Assembly: GCA_950097015.1 (NCBI GenBank)
Contig: CATNEN010000038.1
Span: forward strand, 18,290,001 to 18,354,000
Direction: 5' to 3'
DNA: 64,000 nt
Source of the DNA: Macrostomum hystrix
Taxonomy: Eukaryota > Animalia > Platyhelminthes
Shown here: in pieces, positions 12,665 through 27,093 of the stretch
How the letters are laid out: every line of letters begins with the position of its first letter
Position numbering within the stretch: position 1 is the first letter of the stretch
Notes under the pieces: generated by a model
Database searches by the model: none
What the model saw: the letters and a program-made list of their open reading frames with translations, nothing else
What the model was told of the DNA's origin: nothing
Translations under genes and position numbers: made by a program

Positions 12665-15600
12665 TCAAAGCTTATCAATCTTGTTAGACACAACCTGAGG
12701 ATTAGCGCGCCTAATCTCAGCCTGGCCGTGGGTCTGATAATCGAACTGACAATTGTGCTTATCACTATAGCGGTGCAACGAACAATAAACACCGCCGCAG
12801 CGACAGTCGAAGCCTACAAAATAAGTTTAGACGGTTTTTTCATTTATTTCCAATCTTGCTAACTTGTCTACTTATTTAAGTAGAGAATTTCGCAAACTGA
12901 ACTATTCTTTGTAAAGCAACAAAAAAAATTACCTGTCAAACCGATTCTCTTTTTGCACATGCTGCATCGATTGCGCTTCTGTGTCGCCGAGCTGTCCTGG
13001 GAGCCGCTGGAGGTGACGGAAGCGCTGCCAACTGCAAAATAGGAAAGAGACAAAGTGCCGATTGTGGGACTGGACAATGTAGAATGGTTAGACAATAAGA
13101 CTATGACGGATCTAGACTATGACCAAGGATCTAGACAATGTCCAAGGGTCTAGACAATGTCAAAGCATCTAGACAATGTCAAAGCATCTAGACAATGTCC
13201 AAGGATCTAGACAATTTCCAAGGATCTAGACAATGTCCAAGGAGCTAGACAATGTCCAAGGATCTAGACAATGTCAAAGCATCTAGACAATTTCCAAGGA
13301 TCTAGACAATTTCCAAGGATCCAAGCAATGTCAAAGGATCTAGACAATTTCCAAGGATCTAGACAATGTCCAAGGAGCTAGACAATGTCCAAGGATCTAG
13401 ACAATGTCAAAGCATCTAGACAATTTCCAAGGATCTAGACAATGTCCAAGGATCTAGACAATATCCAAGGATCCAAGCAATGTCAAAGGATCTAGACAAT
13501 GTCCAAGGGTCTAGACAATGTCCAAGGATCAAGGCAATGTCCAAGGGTCTAGACAATTTCCAAGGATCTAGACAATGTCCAAGGGTCTAGACAATTTCCA
13601 AGGAGCTAGACAATGTCCAAGGATCTAGACAATGTCAAAGCATCTAGACAATTTCCAAGGATCTAGACAATGTCCAAGGATCTAGACAATATCCAAGGAT
13701 CCAAGCAATGTCAAAGGATCTAGACAATGTCCAAGGGTCTAGACAATGTCCAAGGATCAAGGCAATGTCCAAGGGTCTAGACAATTTCCAAGGATCTAGA
13801 CAATGTCCAAGGGTCTAGACAATGTCCAAGGATCTAGACAATTTCCAAGGATCTAGACAATGTCCAAGGGTCTAGACAATGTCCAAGGATCTAGACAATT
13901 TCCAAGGATCTAGACAATGTCCAAGGGTCTAGACAATGTCCAAGGATCTAGACAATTTCCAAGGATCTAGACAATGTCCAAGGATCTAGACAGTATCCAA
14001 GGATCCAAGCAATGTACAAGGATCTAGACAATGTCCAAGGATCTAGACAAAGTCGAATGATCTAGACTATGACGAAGGATCATGGAAATAGACTGAAAAA
14101 TGTCCAATTTAGGAAATATATGCCAATGGGTAAAGGACAACCAAAAAGTGTCTAAAGTGCAGCGCAAATTTGCCTAGCAGAAATATAGGCTAGGCAAAGT
14201 TAGGATCTGCACTAGTCCCAGTACTGCCCTGGGGTTGTGACCTTAAAACGGTAGGGCCTAATTAATTATGGTAGCAAAGAAAGCAAGTGGCTATATAAGC
14301 GCATTTTATAAAACATCGAATGATGTTAAGAAAGGTCAAGAGGCGAAAAAAGAATACAATGGACATCAGGTTGTGAAGACAAAGGTCACATCATTTCCTG
14401 CGCCTATGACTCTACATAGAGAAAACATGCACTGAAAGACTTAGCGACTTCGTGTGACGTAGATTAAACAAGCGAGAAACTGGAGAGGAGAGAGAGAGAG
14501 ATCAGCTGACTGCAGAAACTGGTTCGCAAACTGGTTAACCCGGCGAGATCTAGGCCTTGCTTTAGAAAGGCCAGGCTTAGTTCAGTTGGCCAGTGTACAG
14601 TTAAACGAGCTTAGCTAGTACTGAAGCGGACGAAAGTACGGTAGGGAAAGAGAGGACAGGAAATAGGGCCTCCTAAAAATGGTCAACCTACAATAGTTAA
14701 TATGCCTCACCCAGGCAAGTGACTTTCAAGGACATTTATTCTGCTGTGCTGACGCAAAAGCGAATTGCTACTGCTCTTTAATACACCAGAGCTAGAGGTC
14801 AACGTTTAAGCAACGTTTGTACATACACTTGTATATAATTATGGACGTACACATAGAATGAGGTCATGAGTCTACACAATTGACATTTAGAATACGAAAT
14901 ATATATTACTTAAAAGATGACGAAATAAGGCCGGTTAAATAAGGGCAAAAATAACTAGCTGAGCAGAGAAAACACCTAACTAATAGCTATGCAGTTACGA
15001 TAAAAACACTCCTTTAGCTAAATCATAGACAAGAGGAAAAACCAGAAACTATGACGTTGCGTGCTAAGAAAAGTTAACCCTGATTTGGTTTTTTACAGTT
15101 TAAGGTGGCGGGAAACTTAAATTGAGGATTTGGGAACAATAGAAAATTAGCTTGAGGATCTTGGAGCAGTACAAGGTTAGCTTGAGGATCTGGGAGCAGT
15201 ACAAGGTTAGCTTGAGGATCTTGGAGCAGTACAAGATTAGCTTGAGGATCTGGGAGCAGTACAAGGTTAGCTTGAGGATCTGGGAGCAGTACAAGGTTAG
15301 CTTGAGGATCTGGGAGCAGTACAAGATTAGCTTGAGGATCTTGGAGCAGTACAAAGTTAGCTTGAGGATCTTGGAGCAGTAAAAGGTTAGCTTGAGGATC
15401 TGGGAGCAGTAAAAGGTTAGCTTGGGGATCTGGGAGCAGTACAAGGTTAGCTTGGGGATCTGGGAGCAGTACAAGGTTAGCTTGAGGATCTTGGAGCAGT
15501 ACAAGGTTAGCTTGAGGATCTGGGAGCAGTACAAGGTTAGCTTGAGGATCTTGGAGCAGTAAAAGGTTAGCTTGAGGATCTGGGAGCAGTAAAAGGTTAG

Positions 15601-17176
15601 CTTGAGGATCTGGGAGCAGTACAAGGTTAGCTTGGGGATCTGGGAGCAGTACAAGGTTAGCTTGAGGATCTGGGAGCAGTACAAGGTTAGCTTGAGGATC
15701 AGGGAGCAGTACAAGGTTAGCTTGGGGATCTGGGAGCAGTACAAGGTTAGCTTGAGGATCTGGGATCAGTAAAAGGTTAGCTTGGGGATCTGGGAGCAGT
15801 ACAAGGTTAGCTTGAGGATCTGGGAGCAGTACAAGGTTAGCTTGAGGATCAGGGAGCAGTACAAGGTTAGCTTGGGGATCTGGGAGCAGTACAAGGTTAG
15901 CTTGAGGATCTGGGATCAGTAAAAGGTTAGCTTGGGGATCTGGGAGCAGTACAAGGTTAGCTTGAGGATCTGGGAAAGGTACAAGGTTAGCTTGAGGATC
16001 TGGGAGCAGTACAAGGTTAGCTTGGGGATCTGGGATCAGTAAAAGGTTAGCTTGGGGATCTGGGAGCAGTACAAAGTTAGCTTCATGTTCTGGGATTCAT
16101 CAGCAGACCAAGATGAGGAATTAAAAAGCTGATACTTCTGTTTTGGGATCTAGGGTTTAGTCGATAAGTTCAATGTTACTCACTATCAGAAGACGTAGTA
16201 ACGCAGCCAGTGGCGATGGTGCTCAAAGCTAGTCCAATGTTGCGATTTTTAACAACGTGACCACCTTCGTTAGTGTTGACGGCGGCTGAGACTATTTGCA
16301 TGTCCGAATCGGAGCCTAATGATGACTGCGACACAGCTGGGGCAGATAAGTGAAAGGGTTCGTTAGGTAACGAATAAAATAAAAGATTTTCAGAACTTCA
16401 TAAATAAAACAGATTTCAACTATGAAGCTGTTAAAGAAAAACGTAACAAAAAATCGGATGGTAACATTAATATTACAACTGCCACCAAATCAAATTAGGC
16501 TTATTAATCCTACCTCCATCGCTAATTTTAACAGCCGGTTGCTTCTGCTCAGACTGCTCATTAGTTTGCTCAGGCGATGAAGCATTAGACTGTTTCCTGG
16601 CGCCACTACTGTCAGACTCAAATATGTTATCTGACAAAATTGATTTATGGCACAAGAAATAGAAATATGGTCGATAATTATGATAAAAAACATTTCGAAT
16701 CCCAGAATCTGATCAGCCTCATAAATAAAATAATGCAATACTAAAGTCGATCTAAAAAGTTATGGATGCTATGAATTTGGGGTAGGCCTATACATCAGTA
16801 GTAAATATAGGCCTTTAGTATGGTAGTCGAATCAGGATATCTCTTGCATGCTTCGGGCTTTTCTAATCGAAAAATATGTTTTTTGAAATCTCATTTAGTA
16901 AAAGAAAGCACTATTAAATAAACTATTGACTAGCTATGGTTAAGTAAGAATTATTAAGTTTCAATACTCACTTGATGAAGTGCAAAGCATTGCTGCAGTG
17001 TGTGGACTAGAAGTTGGCTTCTGAATTTGCTCTTCATCTTGCTTTTGCCTCTTCTTCATGGTCTCCTTGTGGCAAACACTGCACATGCCATCAAATTGGG
17101 TTGAGCCATAAAAGCCACAACCATTTTTGCATAGGTTGACAGCTATAGTAGATTGCTGATTCTCGTTTTCTGACAT
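12665..17176 (-). CDS. ZFAND5: A20/AN1 zinc-finger protein (ZFAND5/ZFAND6 family)
   Basis: Exons 17176-16972 (A20: [23 protein letters not shown]), 16630-16514, 16336-16184, 13031-12933 and 12813-12665, all joined in phase 1. AN1 finger [59 protein letters not shown]5 and ZFAND6 are vertebrate paralogues and cannot be distinguished here. Confidence 0.93.
13085..14080. repeat. 19-bp minisatellite (GGATCTAGACAATGTCCAA) in ZFAND intron 3
   Basis: About 50 tandem copies. Confidence 0.95.
15118..16090. repeat. 30-bp minisatellite (CTTGAGGATCTGGGAGCAGTACAAGGTTAG) in ZFAND intron 3
   Basis: About 32 copies with exact 30-bp periodicity. Confidence 0.95.
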
Positions 17177-17479
17177 GATTTCTATGCTGACTTATTGGCT
17201 GATTAAACCACCTGGCTGAAGTTAGAGAAAATTGAATACAGAATATATATATGAATATACTTTTTATATAATAACCTTTGTATAGAAAAAACTAAGTTTA
17301 CAATACAAATAGCTTAAGAATTAGAAGTTTAATCATGAAGCCTTATTATTTCACAAATTATGCCACACTTACTTGCTATCAAGTTGCCCTGTTTATTAGG
17401 CTAGGCCTATAGCAACAAAAGTAATTCTATAGTATTGCTATTTGTGTCTTTCTATTAAATTAATTCATATAGCATGTGT

Positions 17480-18187
17480 TGTAGGGCTAATTTAATCTTA
17501 CTGATGTTACCAAATTGTCCTAGGGCTTACACTTGATTTAATTACTATCTTTATATCAATCTTATGAATGTCTTTACTTTATTCACTTTATGCACTTTCT
17601 TAATTCAAATTGGTAGCATTTATGTATTTTAATCTGGTAGCGCTATACTTTCAATATGGCCGGTATCTATCCTTTCTATTCACTTTTACTTATAACCTTG
17701 ATGTATTATTTCTATAAGTACTCTTTATTGGTATTTATCTGTCTTTATCAGTTTTTTTATCACTCTTCAATTACACTTTAATCTGTCTTCAATTTAATTG
17801 TCAGTTCAATCTTCAATTCAATCTTCAGTCTGTCCCTGGGCTTTACCAGTGGATCTAGATTTACAGCTTTTCTTCACTCTATTTACTTCTCTTTCGCAAT
17901 GTCTTTTTCTCAAATAACTTCAATATGAACACTTCAAGATTCAAGCTTTCTTTACTTTGAACTCCTTCTCAAACAAGAATGGGTTGATTCTTCTCTCTTT
18001 GCTTGTGTGTATTTATACTAAAAACTTCTCTCCTCCTCACCTCCGCAACTTCATTAAAACATTTTATTTTCAGTGCGATTTAAACAATTGGTGCATTTAA
18101 ACTAAAGTTTTATAAAATAAAACAAAATTATAAATTTGCACAGGAAATGGTTTCTAAGAAAGTAAGAAAATGGGGCCCTCTCTCACA
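17480..18187 (-). mobile_element. Possible solo LTR
   Basis: Bounded by TGT...ACA. Flanks TGTGT/TGTTT match at 4 of 5 positions (possible TSD). The minus strand has TATAAATA (~18010-18017) upstream of AATAAA (~17724-17729). Confidence 0.3.
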
Positions 18188-20610
18188 TGTTTAGCTAAAA
18201 CAAATAGCTAACTATGGACTCATGATTTCGGTAACAGTTAGTCATTTTGGTACCCAAAGCAATATTTTGCAATTTTTAGTTACATTCAATATCTGTAAAA
18301 CTAATTTATAACCAGACTTTCCTAAAACTATGGCCACTGAAGTTATCATCAATGTCAACACACAGCAGCTTAAACAAAGCTTGACTTGTCAGGAGTATGC
18401 AGCTAGCTAAGTAGTTTTTGGCTTTGCTGTAGGTTGCACTACTAAAGTCAAATGACAAACAGCATATCTATAATGAAATGTTTGTAGGCTTTGAAGCTGG
18501 CAATACTGCTCTCTGCAGGACATCAATTTGACAGACATGTTTAATGTTGCCATAGCTTACAAAGATTGCATTGAAGTCCATATCAGTCCATTAATTAGGC
18601 CTATGCAAGTGTAGTAAAATTATTTTACAATTTACATAAGTAGGCCTACTGCAATTTCATAATTGGCAATGTAGCAAATAACCTGAAAATTGCTAGCAAA
18701 TAATTTGATAGCAATAGCAATAGCGATTAAGTCATTATGGCCTAGATATAGGGGCCTATAGCATAGGCCTAGCTATTTAAGCCACTAGGCCTAGGGCCTA
18801 TTCAAATTTATAAAGGTCAATACGGCAATAGGTCTAATGCTATATAAACATAGGCCCATGTTTTTACTAGGCCTAGGGGCCTATCTCATGGTCACAGTGG
18901 TAGCTATGGACATTAGAATATGGTCGCATATAATAGGCCTAGGAAGTTAGGAAACTCAAAGACAAAATAGGCAGACGAAACGACCGTCAACCGTTTTAGT
19001 GCTAGGCTAGGCGTTTTCTAAAAAATAAAGGTCTTCTTAAATAACAATGTGCTAGGCCTATACACTGAATGTCAACTGATTGTAACGAAAATGAGGGAAA
19101 TTAAAACCGACAACTTTCATTCTTTAGCTAGAGTTAAAGTAGGCCCCTAGCTAACTAAAAATTAATATCTGCAGAACGATGGTAGCTTTAGAATGAGCTA
19201 TCACGCAAATATTTAAAACCAAACAATTTCCTAATGTACTGATGAACAGCGATATGTTTAGATGTTAGCTAGTTCGCTCTCGTCAGTCATGTTCAATGTT
19301 TGCTAGGGGTCGTGAATCCTCGATAAGAGCTCGTGCTATAAATCTATTAAAAAGTGATGAGCCTTATTCGCTTAAATTTAGTAGTTATCGAATACGCACA
19401 GCGGATAGGATAGGATATTAATACTTGAGTAACTTGACTGCTTATGTAATATTGCGATAAAACAAAATATTACTACACAGCGCCGGCTCGACCAATTAAA
19501 CGCGAAAGCAAAGCATCTCATGCCCCCGAGGAACCGCGTAAAGCCTTATGTAGTCTAGGAATTCAGCAGTGTTATAGTAGGACCACATCGAAATCCGGGG
19601 TAACACAGAAACTTAAACAAAAAGGCCATGTCATGATTGCCCATAGCATGTACATAATTATTGTACTGCAGATATACAAACTGCTAATATAATGATTGCA
19701 GAACAGAGATGCAAAATGAGAGACCTATTTACATTTCTTCGATAAATTACAGACATCACATCAGTAGTTTATTTGAGTACAATATCTTAGAGACCTTCTA
19801 ACTAGCGAGTAAAGACCCTCGGGAGTTCTTACAATGCCCCCCTCTATGAAACACAATCGGCGTGCGCACTTCAATAATAATAATGATTATGAAACATACA
19901 AACCCCATGATATAATGCGCTTGAGAAATGCTCTTTTAGTTAAACACCACCGGCATGGACTCCTGAATTAGGGGGAACATATGTAGCCTTAAGCCTTAAG
20001 CCTTAAGACGCAACTTAATTTTTAATGCACCCATTTTGGAGACACTAATAGGCTCACCCGCACGTGGATAATCGATTAGGAAGGGGGCTGGTTTTTCGTT
20101 TTATGCTTTAACTGCATATCTCGAGTATTACTGAAGCCAAAAAATACTTAAATAGCCTTAACATTGAACTAAAAATTGAGCTTGGACGCTGTTTTATTCA
20201 ATTAGACAGGTTTCTCACGATCTGATAAGGAATAAAATTGAAAGCCGTATGGTTCAAAAATATACCAATTGAATAAACCTAATTGAAGTAATTTTAAGTT
20301 TAAGTAAAATATTCAACTATTTTACATTTTATTAGCACTAAACTGTGCATATGTTGCATATGCACCAACATTATTTTTTATATTGTGTCTCTCGTCTACC
20401 TCTGATAGTGAATGCTTTCGCATTCGATCAGTGAGTCTGCCGCTCAATAATTCGCATTCTATGGTCAAGGCTCTGAGGCTCTCAGCCTAATCGAAGAAGC
20501 ATAAAAAAATTTGGGAGAAAAATCAGGGGTGCATTTGCTAAGGTCGCTTGAGCGACGTCAGTCAGAGAAATCTAACTTTGCAAGATTTTTTGCACCCAAT
20601 TCGATTTACT

Positions 20611-21353
20611 ATGCCGCTAATGGAGCCTAGAGATGAAGCTGTCTCCGCCGTTACCGGAGCGCTGGTCGCCGGACGGCAGCAGAGTCAGCAGCTACAGCCA
20701 GCTCCACAGCCACCATCGGTGCCACCTACGCTGCCCCTAGCACAGCAACCGCAGCTTCAGCAGCAGCAGCAGCATCACTTACAACAACTGCAGCAAAGAT
20801 CACTCGGAGGGACGCCTGCCCAAACGGAAGTAGTGTACTGCTGCGCAAGCCAAACGCATCAACAGACGAATGGCCAGCCAGATTGTCAACAGAGTCAACT
20901 AAAGTACAGCACTGTGCTACTGAAGGCGCAACCACCACCTCCAGCTGCAAGCGCAATGACTTGCAACAATGTTGGTCCAATAGTGATGGTGGCTCAGCAT
21001 CATCATCAGCAGGCGACATTTCATCCGCTATCCAGATCAGTATTTAGCCACCAGTTCAGTCAGCCAATCATGGCGCCCGCTACTGCCACACCTGCGCAAC
21101 ATCAGCATTATATTTTGCCCCTTCGACAGCAGCCGCTGATCTGCACCCAGCCTATGGCGCATCCCATCTACTACATTCCATGTGTGGCCAATACGCTGGC
21201 GTCACAACAGGCGCCACAGCCGTCTGTGATATCGCTTCCGGTAAATCATCTTCCATTGTGTTCCTCTGATTCGACGCATGACTTGCGTAGAATTGATTAT
21301 CAACAGCAGCAGCAGCAGCATCAGCTGCAACACTTGACACATCAGCATCAGCA

Positions 21354-21422
<69 letters not shown>

Positions 21423-22710
21423 ACAGCATCAACAGCAACAACACCAGCAGCAACAACAGCAACAACAGTTGTTAATGCAGAAGCCACAGCAGGCGACAGC
21501 GGTTGCAGTGGTAGCGGCAGCAGCAGCGGCGGCAGCAGCTGCAGCAGCAAGGCAGTCACCTAGATTACCAACAGCGCCTGTAATTAGCAAAGATCTGATG
21601 AGCCATCCCATGCCTCTTCAGCCTCTACAGCTTCAACAGAATCAGCAGCAGCAGCAACAGCTTGCTCAGCCAAACAACAAAGTTAGGCGCATCGGGTCTC
21701 CTGTCAAGCTAGAAAATTATCACAACCATCAGCATCAAAACATCCAAGTACAGCAACAGCAGCAACAGCATATTTTTCAACAAATTCAGCAACAAAAGCA
21801 TCAGCAGCAGCAGCAACAACAATATCAGCAACAGCTTCATCAGCAAAGTACAAGTCTGTCTCATCAACAGTCACATCAGCAGCTGCAGCAGCAGCAACAG
21901 CATCAGTCACCAAAAAGTGATATTCCATGGTCGACTTGTTCCTTACCAACAATCAACAGCAGTAGCAGCAGCAACAGCAGCAGCACCACCAGCAGCAGCG
22001 CAAACACCACTGGCAGCGCTTTCAAGCGCCTAAGTGATTTGAGCAATCCCTACGAGGGGAAATTACAAGTGGAGGCTTCCGATGTGGGCTCACTAATGCA
22101 GCAGCAGAAAAAGCTGGCACAGCAACAACCCCAAGCTGCACAAAAGCATCAACAACATTATCAACAAACACAGCAGCAGGAGCAGCAACAGCAGCCGACG
22201 CAACAACCGCAACAAGCCAGTCAGAGTTCAATTCTGCCGCTTCAGCAGCAGCGTAGACTATGCAACTGGGAGGAGACAACGCGTAGGTTCTATGATCGGC
22301 TGTGGCTGCGCATGAAATCGCGCGATTCGTGCGAAATTCTAGCCAGAAGATGCCACAAGCTGCACGCAAGCGGCAGCGCGGGCGGTGTTGGTGCCTCAGT
22401 TGGCTCAGTGGATCTGCTCAAAAGGACTAAAAGAAGCAGTCAACAGCAACAAAAACAGCATCAGCACCAGCAGCAACAGCAGCAACAGCAGCAGCAGCAG
22501 CAGCAACAGCAACAGCACTGCTTTAAAATTCCAATAAATTCAAAGTTCTTTGAAAAAGCTCAAACGATTCCACTGCCGCCCAGGGAGGCTGTCTATCTGT
22601 GCTTTCCCGGCGACTGGCCAGAACAGCCGCTGCAATGTGCTGCAGCCGTAGCCGCCGCTGCCGCCGCTGCCGCTGCAACAGCCGCCGCTGTGGCCACGGC
22701 TGCGATTTAA
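20611..22710 (+). CDS. Intronless polyQ/polyA low-complexity protein of unknown function (699 aa)
   Basis: 2.1-kb uninterrupted ORF from ATG 20611. Gln tracts use mixed CAG/CAA codons and are interspersed with unique sequence. No recognisable domain. Confidence 0.7.
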
Positions 22711-25700
22711 ATTGGCATAAAAATCGCCTAAATTATCGTGAGTTTAAAAACTCTGTCTGACAAGAGTGTGGAATGTCTATTTTCATATATTTTCTTTCAC
22801 AAAAGAGGAACTCAGGGGTACAAACAAGTCCATAATTGGAACATGCAAAATATTGATTCTGAGTGATTACATTTCAAAGATAGTTAGCAAACAAGGCTAT
22901 AGTGACAACAAATCAAGGTGTCTATAAAATGTCTACAATCCAATTGATAAAGGTACACACGCGGTGGTTCAGGAAGAGGTTTAAACAGTTTCGGGTAGCA
23001 AGGATATCAAAACGACGTAGATGGATAATACAAGTATAAAAAAAATTGTTTTCGACAAAACATAGTCGTTGAGCGAGCGTGCTTGTGCGAGCCATAGAAA
23101 TCTGCTTTTGTTATTAAAAGTACACGTTCTCAGCGTTAGTCTCAATCCACCTTGCTTGAAACTGCATGGGGCCAAGAAAGTGTGGCGCTAAGTTCAGTTG
23201 TATTTTTTTACAGTCGCGGTTAAGTTTCTCACACGCGTGTAAAAATTATCTCTACATAAGACGCTTCCGGCTTTGAAGTGCATACAATATGTAAGTATTA
23301 TGTGTATTATAAAATTACCTTACAATTTCTGTCTTTTAAAATGTAGACCAACAATCTAACAGTTAAATGCAAAGTGTGTGAGAGCACATTTTTGAAAGCG
23401 TGCGCTGTCACAGAGCTCAGGATAATTTTCTGGAGCTCACACCAGTTATTGCTGCCATAACCTCTCCTGCAATGGCCTGCTCTTCAACTCACTTTACAAT
23501 GAACTCCACTGTGTCGTTTGCCTATTCTTTCTTTCCACCCTATCTGAACCAGAATTTTGACTGCAGTGCTGCTGCTACCACGATGACGTGCTTGATCAAC
23601 AACTGTGCGTATTATATATACATCGATACTTTGACCCACTGCTCTAGCTTGTAAAAATAGGCATTTATCCTCTACAGACAGTTCTTCAGACGACACCTCG
23701 CCAGGAATTTTGCTTTGCGCAATCCCGCAGTCCTACCCCTCGATTATTGAGTTTATTTTCCAACCAAGTGTAACTATCGCGACCGCAGGCATTAGCATGC
23801 GAGCGATGCTATGCGCTTTTCGTTAGAAAATAGGCTTTCGTTTTTCATATCTCTGAAATTGCGACGCCAATGATACTACTTAATGCTATATTGGACGCGA
23901 TTATCTTTTCGACTTTTTTAGCATTTGTAAGTCAAATTGAAGCTAAGAAATTTATTTTCCTCTACTAAAACGACGAGCTCTTGTTTTTTGACTTCTCGGT
24001 TCGAGCTGCAATTCAGACCAATTGATCATTCGTGTAATATGTGCACGTATATTTTTCTATGCATATTTCTTCAGCAAGCCGTAAATGCGCAGGTATAATG
24101 TGAGCGCTTCTTTGACAGATCAAACGCAGGTGCGTAATTTTAGCCCATGTAGGTTTGTATTCCCAACAGCTGTGCATATTTTACACGTTGAGCTTCCTCA
24201 CATGCTTAAAAGAGTCAGCAACTTTTTGAGCACATTTTCAGTGTGCGCTTAATGTGTAATATTTGTCTATCCCTATCCGGCCCATTGGAGAGATTTCAGT
24301 TTTCATATTTGTTCCCACCCGAAACACATGCGCCCCATTCCCACATCCGTTTGTGTGTGCTTCCGGCTTCGAATCGGAGCCTCCCGGAGCAAGGAAACGC
24401 GTATTGGGAATGAAGACAAAAGGGAGATAAAGGTTGGCCCATTTTGAGTTTCAACAGCTGATGCTTAAAATTACCATTTTGCGGCGAGGTGCTTTAAAAC
24501 AGAATCTTTGTATTGTTTTTTTTGTTTTTCTTGAACTTAATGTCAACAACGTTCCTGTAAATTTTCACCGGTAGGAAAGTGTAGACAGGTCGTGAAGTAT
24601 TTTACGCAGGAAAAAGATTCTAAAATAGCGAACTATAGCTAGTAGAAAAAGTGTTTCATGAGAAGGTCACAAATTGACGACCAAATGACCGAATAACTGC
24701 TATCTCATATACATGTAGCAATGAGATCATAAAAACATCAAGACAGCCGAGCTACAACTGAGTTGATAAGTTTCGTAGCTGAACATGGCAATCAAAGGGC
24801 GAGTGGGTCAGCGGCTAGCGTTGCTGCCTCGCACTACAATGGACGCTAGTTCGATTCTCCCTTTAAGTCACGATTAATTTCGGGACTTGTTGGAGGGTTT
24901 GGACAGTAGCGACCGGCGGAGGTGCACCATATTTCGTGCAATCAAAGCTTGAAATAATAGCTTCGCTCCTTCTTTCTGTGTGCCTGTTCTGCGTCGTGTG
25001 AGTTGTGTGCGTTGGCGCTGGGGCGTGAGGCCTTGCGGGGGGTGGCTGGGGGGCGGGTGTACACCGCCGCGCGCTTTCTGGATTTCCGTCAGCGCGATTG
25101 AATAAGTGTACACTCATCACCCGGCCCCCCCCCTGAGGACTGACGGCCCCCCCCGGCTAGTCTGTGCTGCTGTGTGTGGTGCCTGCTTAGGGGAGGCGGC
25201 GCGATGGGCGCTAAGCGCCTAGTTCGCCGGTCTGGGGGCGTGCCGCTCCGTCGCTTGTGCGACAAGTGCCCCGGGCCCCCCTGCAAATAGATAGAGATAG
25301 CGAACATGGCAATCAAATACCTCTTAAATCTAGCAAACGTGGTAAAATAGAGCGCATAGACAATTACTAAAGCTGGGAGTTTCAATATAGTTTATAAGTT
25401 CATGTACAGAAAGTGACCCAAATCCCGAAGTCTAAGTAGCTCGTACTTGTTAGGCAGCAAAATAAAGGTCGTTAAACAGCGATGTTGTCGACGACATGGC
25501 ACTTGAAACACTGCTTTCAGAACTTCGAATATTCTAATCCGATTTTTTGTGCAAAGTGGACCATCACTCCGGAACTGGAATGGGCAAATGCGAAAACTTT
25601 GATTTCCATCAGCCGGTAGGACTAACGACCCTGCGACTTGGAAAGGAAAACATACTGTTGTTCCCGCTAACGCTAGTAGCTACCTCGCTGTAAAATTAAG

Positions 25701-27093
25701 TTTTTAATGGGAGATTTAGAATTGCTAGATCTGACTAAAATAAAAAATCTAGGAAAAACGTTTTTCATGATTGGTATTTTTATAAAGCTGCAATGCATCT
25801 GTAATCTAAAGTCTCTCTTTTAGTTTCGTAAAAATGGACAGCAAATTTTTTCGTAGAGCTATACGAATTGCGCAGAATGCTGCACGAATGCACCTTGCGT
25901 GGAAAGTGCATGGGACACCTAGCTTTACATAACGTACTGTACTAACTCTCTTATCTCTCTTCTCTTCCTTCAGTCTCTTGGAGACTTAGAAAAGAACAAC
26001 ACCAGCTTAGAATGTCACGACTGGTTCGAAAAAATAACGCACAAAAAAAATAATTTTAAATGTTCAGCATTTTTAGAAAGAACTTCGGTTCGTGTTCGAA
26101 CCTCAAACTTTGGTAAAACAAAAATGCTCTGCACACTAGAATCAAGGAGCACTGGTTCAAACCCTCGGCAATCCAAATCCCGTCTCTTTAAACCCAATCG
26201 TTGCTCCAACTGTAAACCCTAAGAAAGATTTAAAGATATGGACCAATGCTCATTTGCCTTCATTTGAACTTCTGATTCTTGATGAAGCGTTGTACATGCT
26301 TTCTGTGTATTCTGAGTATGTTCTGAGTACACATCTTTCTGTGTACTGACATCTGTACTGCATGTGCATGACATGTGTACCCGAAGATGCACATTTTTGC
26401 GACAAGAGTCGTTTAATAGTAGAAAGATAACGCCATTTTCTCCCGGGGAAAATAACACAAGGGTATTTCAAAACCCTCTGCCTACTTGAAGATAGCTCCC
26501 AAACCGAATGACCGATTTCCACCATGTGGATCTAAATGTTCCGCCCTTTACGGTGAACTAACTTTCATAGCCGTCCGACGTCAGCATCGTTGAGATATTT
26601 AGGAATTCTTGCCGAAGACCCTGGTGACAAGGACAGCTAACATTGCTCTGTATAAACCTCTATGGCGAACGCATATTGGTTAAAAAAATAATCAATACAA
26701 AATATCATGAAAAGTAAAAACCGACATGGTCACACAATAAAATTTTGGGGCCGCAAAATTTATGCATATATTGTTGGTTTGATGTTCACTTTTGTTGACT
26801 TCTTTGTCATTTCAAACGCCGCGCAATAGAGGCAGTGAGCGTTGGCATAACACAACTAGATGGAGTCGATTTAAGCTGATTGGATGGGCGCGAATCAAGC
26901 CAATCTGAGATGGCGTCCCAGCATGCTGTGGGGACTGCGCATGCAGATATAGGGATACTGAGGGGACGCAAAAGTTTTCCTACGACCAATGCTCCATGAA
27001 CAGCTGGTTTCACAAGACGAAACTTAAACATTGAAATGAGGCAAATTAGCTTTCGATAAGCTGTCTCCTTGTAATTATTCTTCTTGACACTCG

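Noticed and set aside
15100-15744. LRR-like ORF ([10 protein letters not shown])n and similar repeat ORFs at 47542-48232, 49294-49569, 50655-51904, 58349-59674 and 60474-62745
   Set aside because: Translations of minisatellites, mostly lying inside well-supported introns of ZFAND and TDP1.
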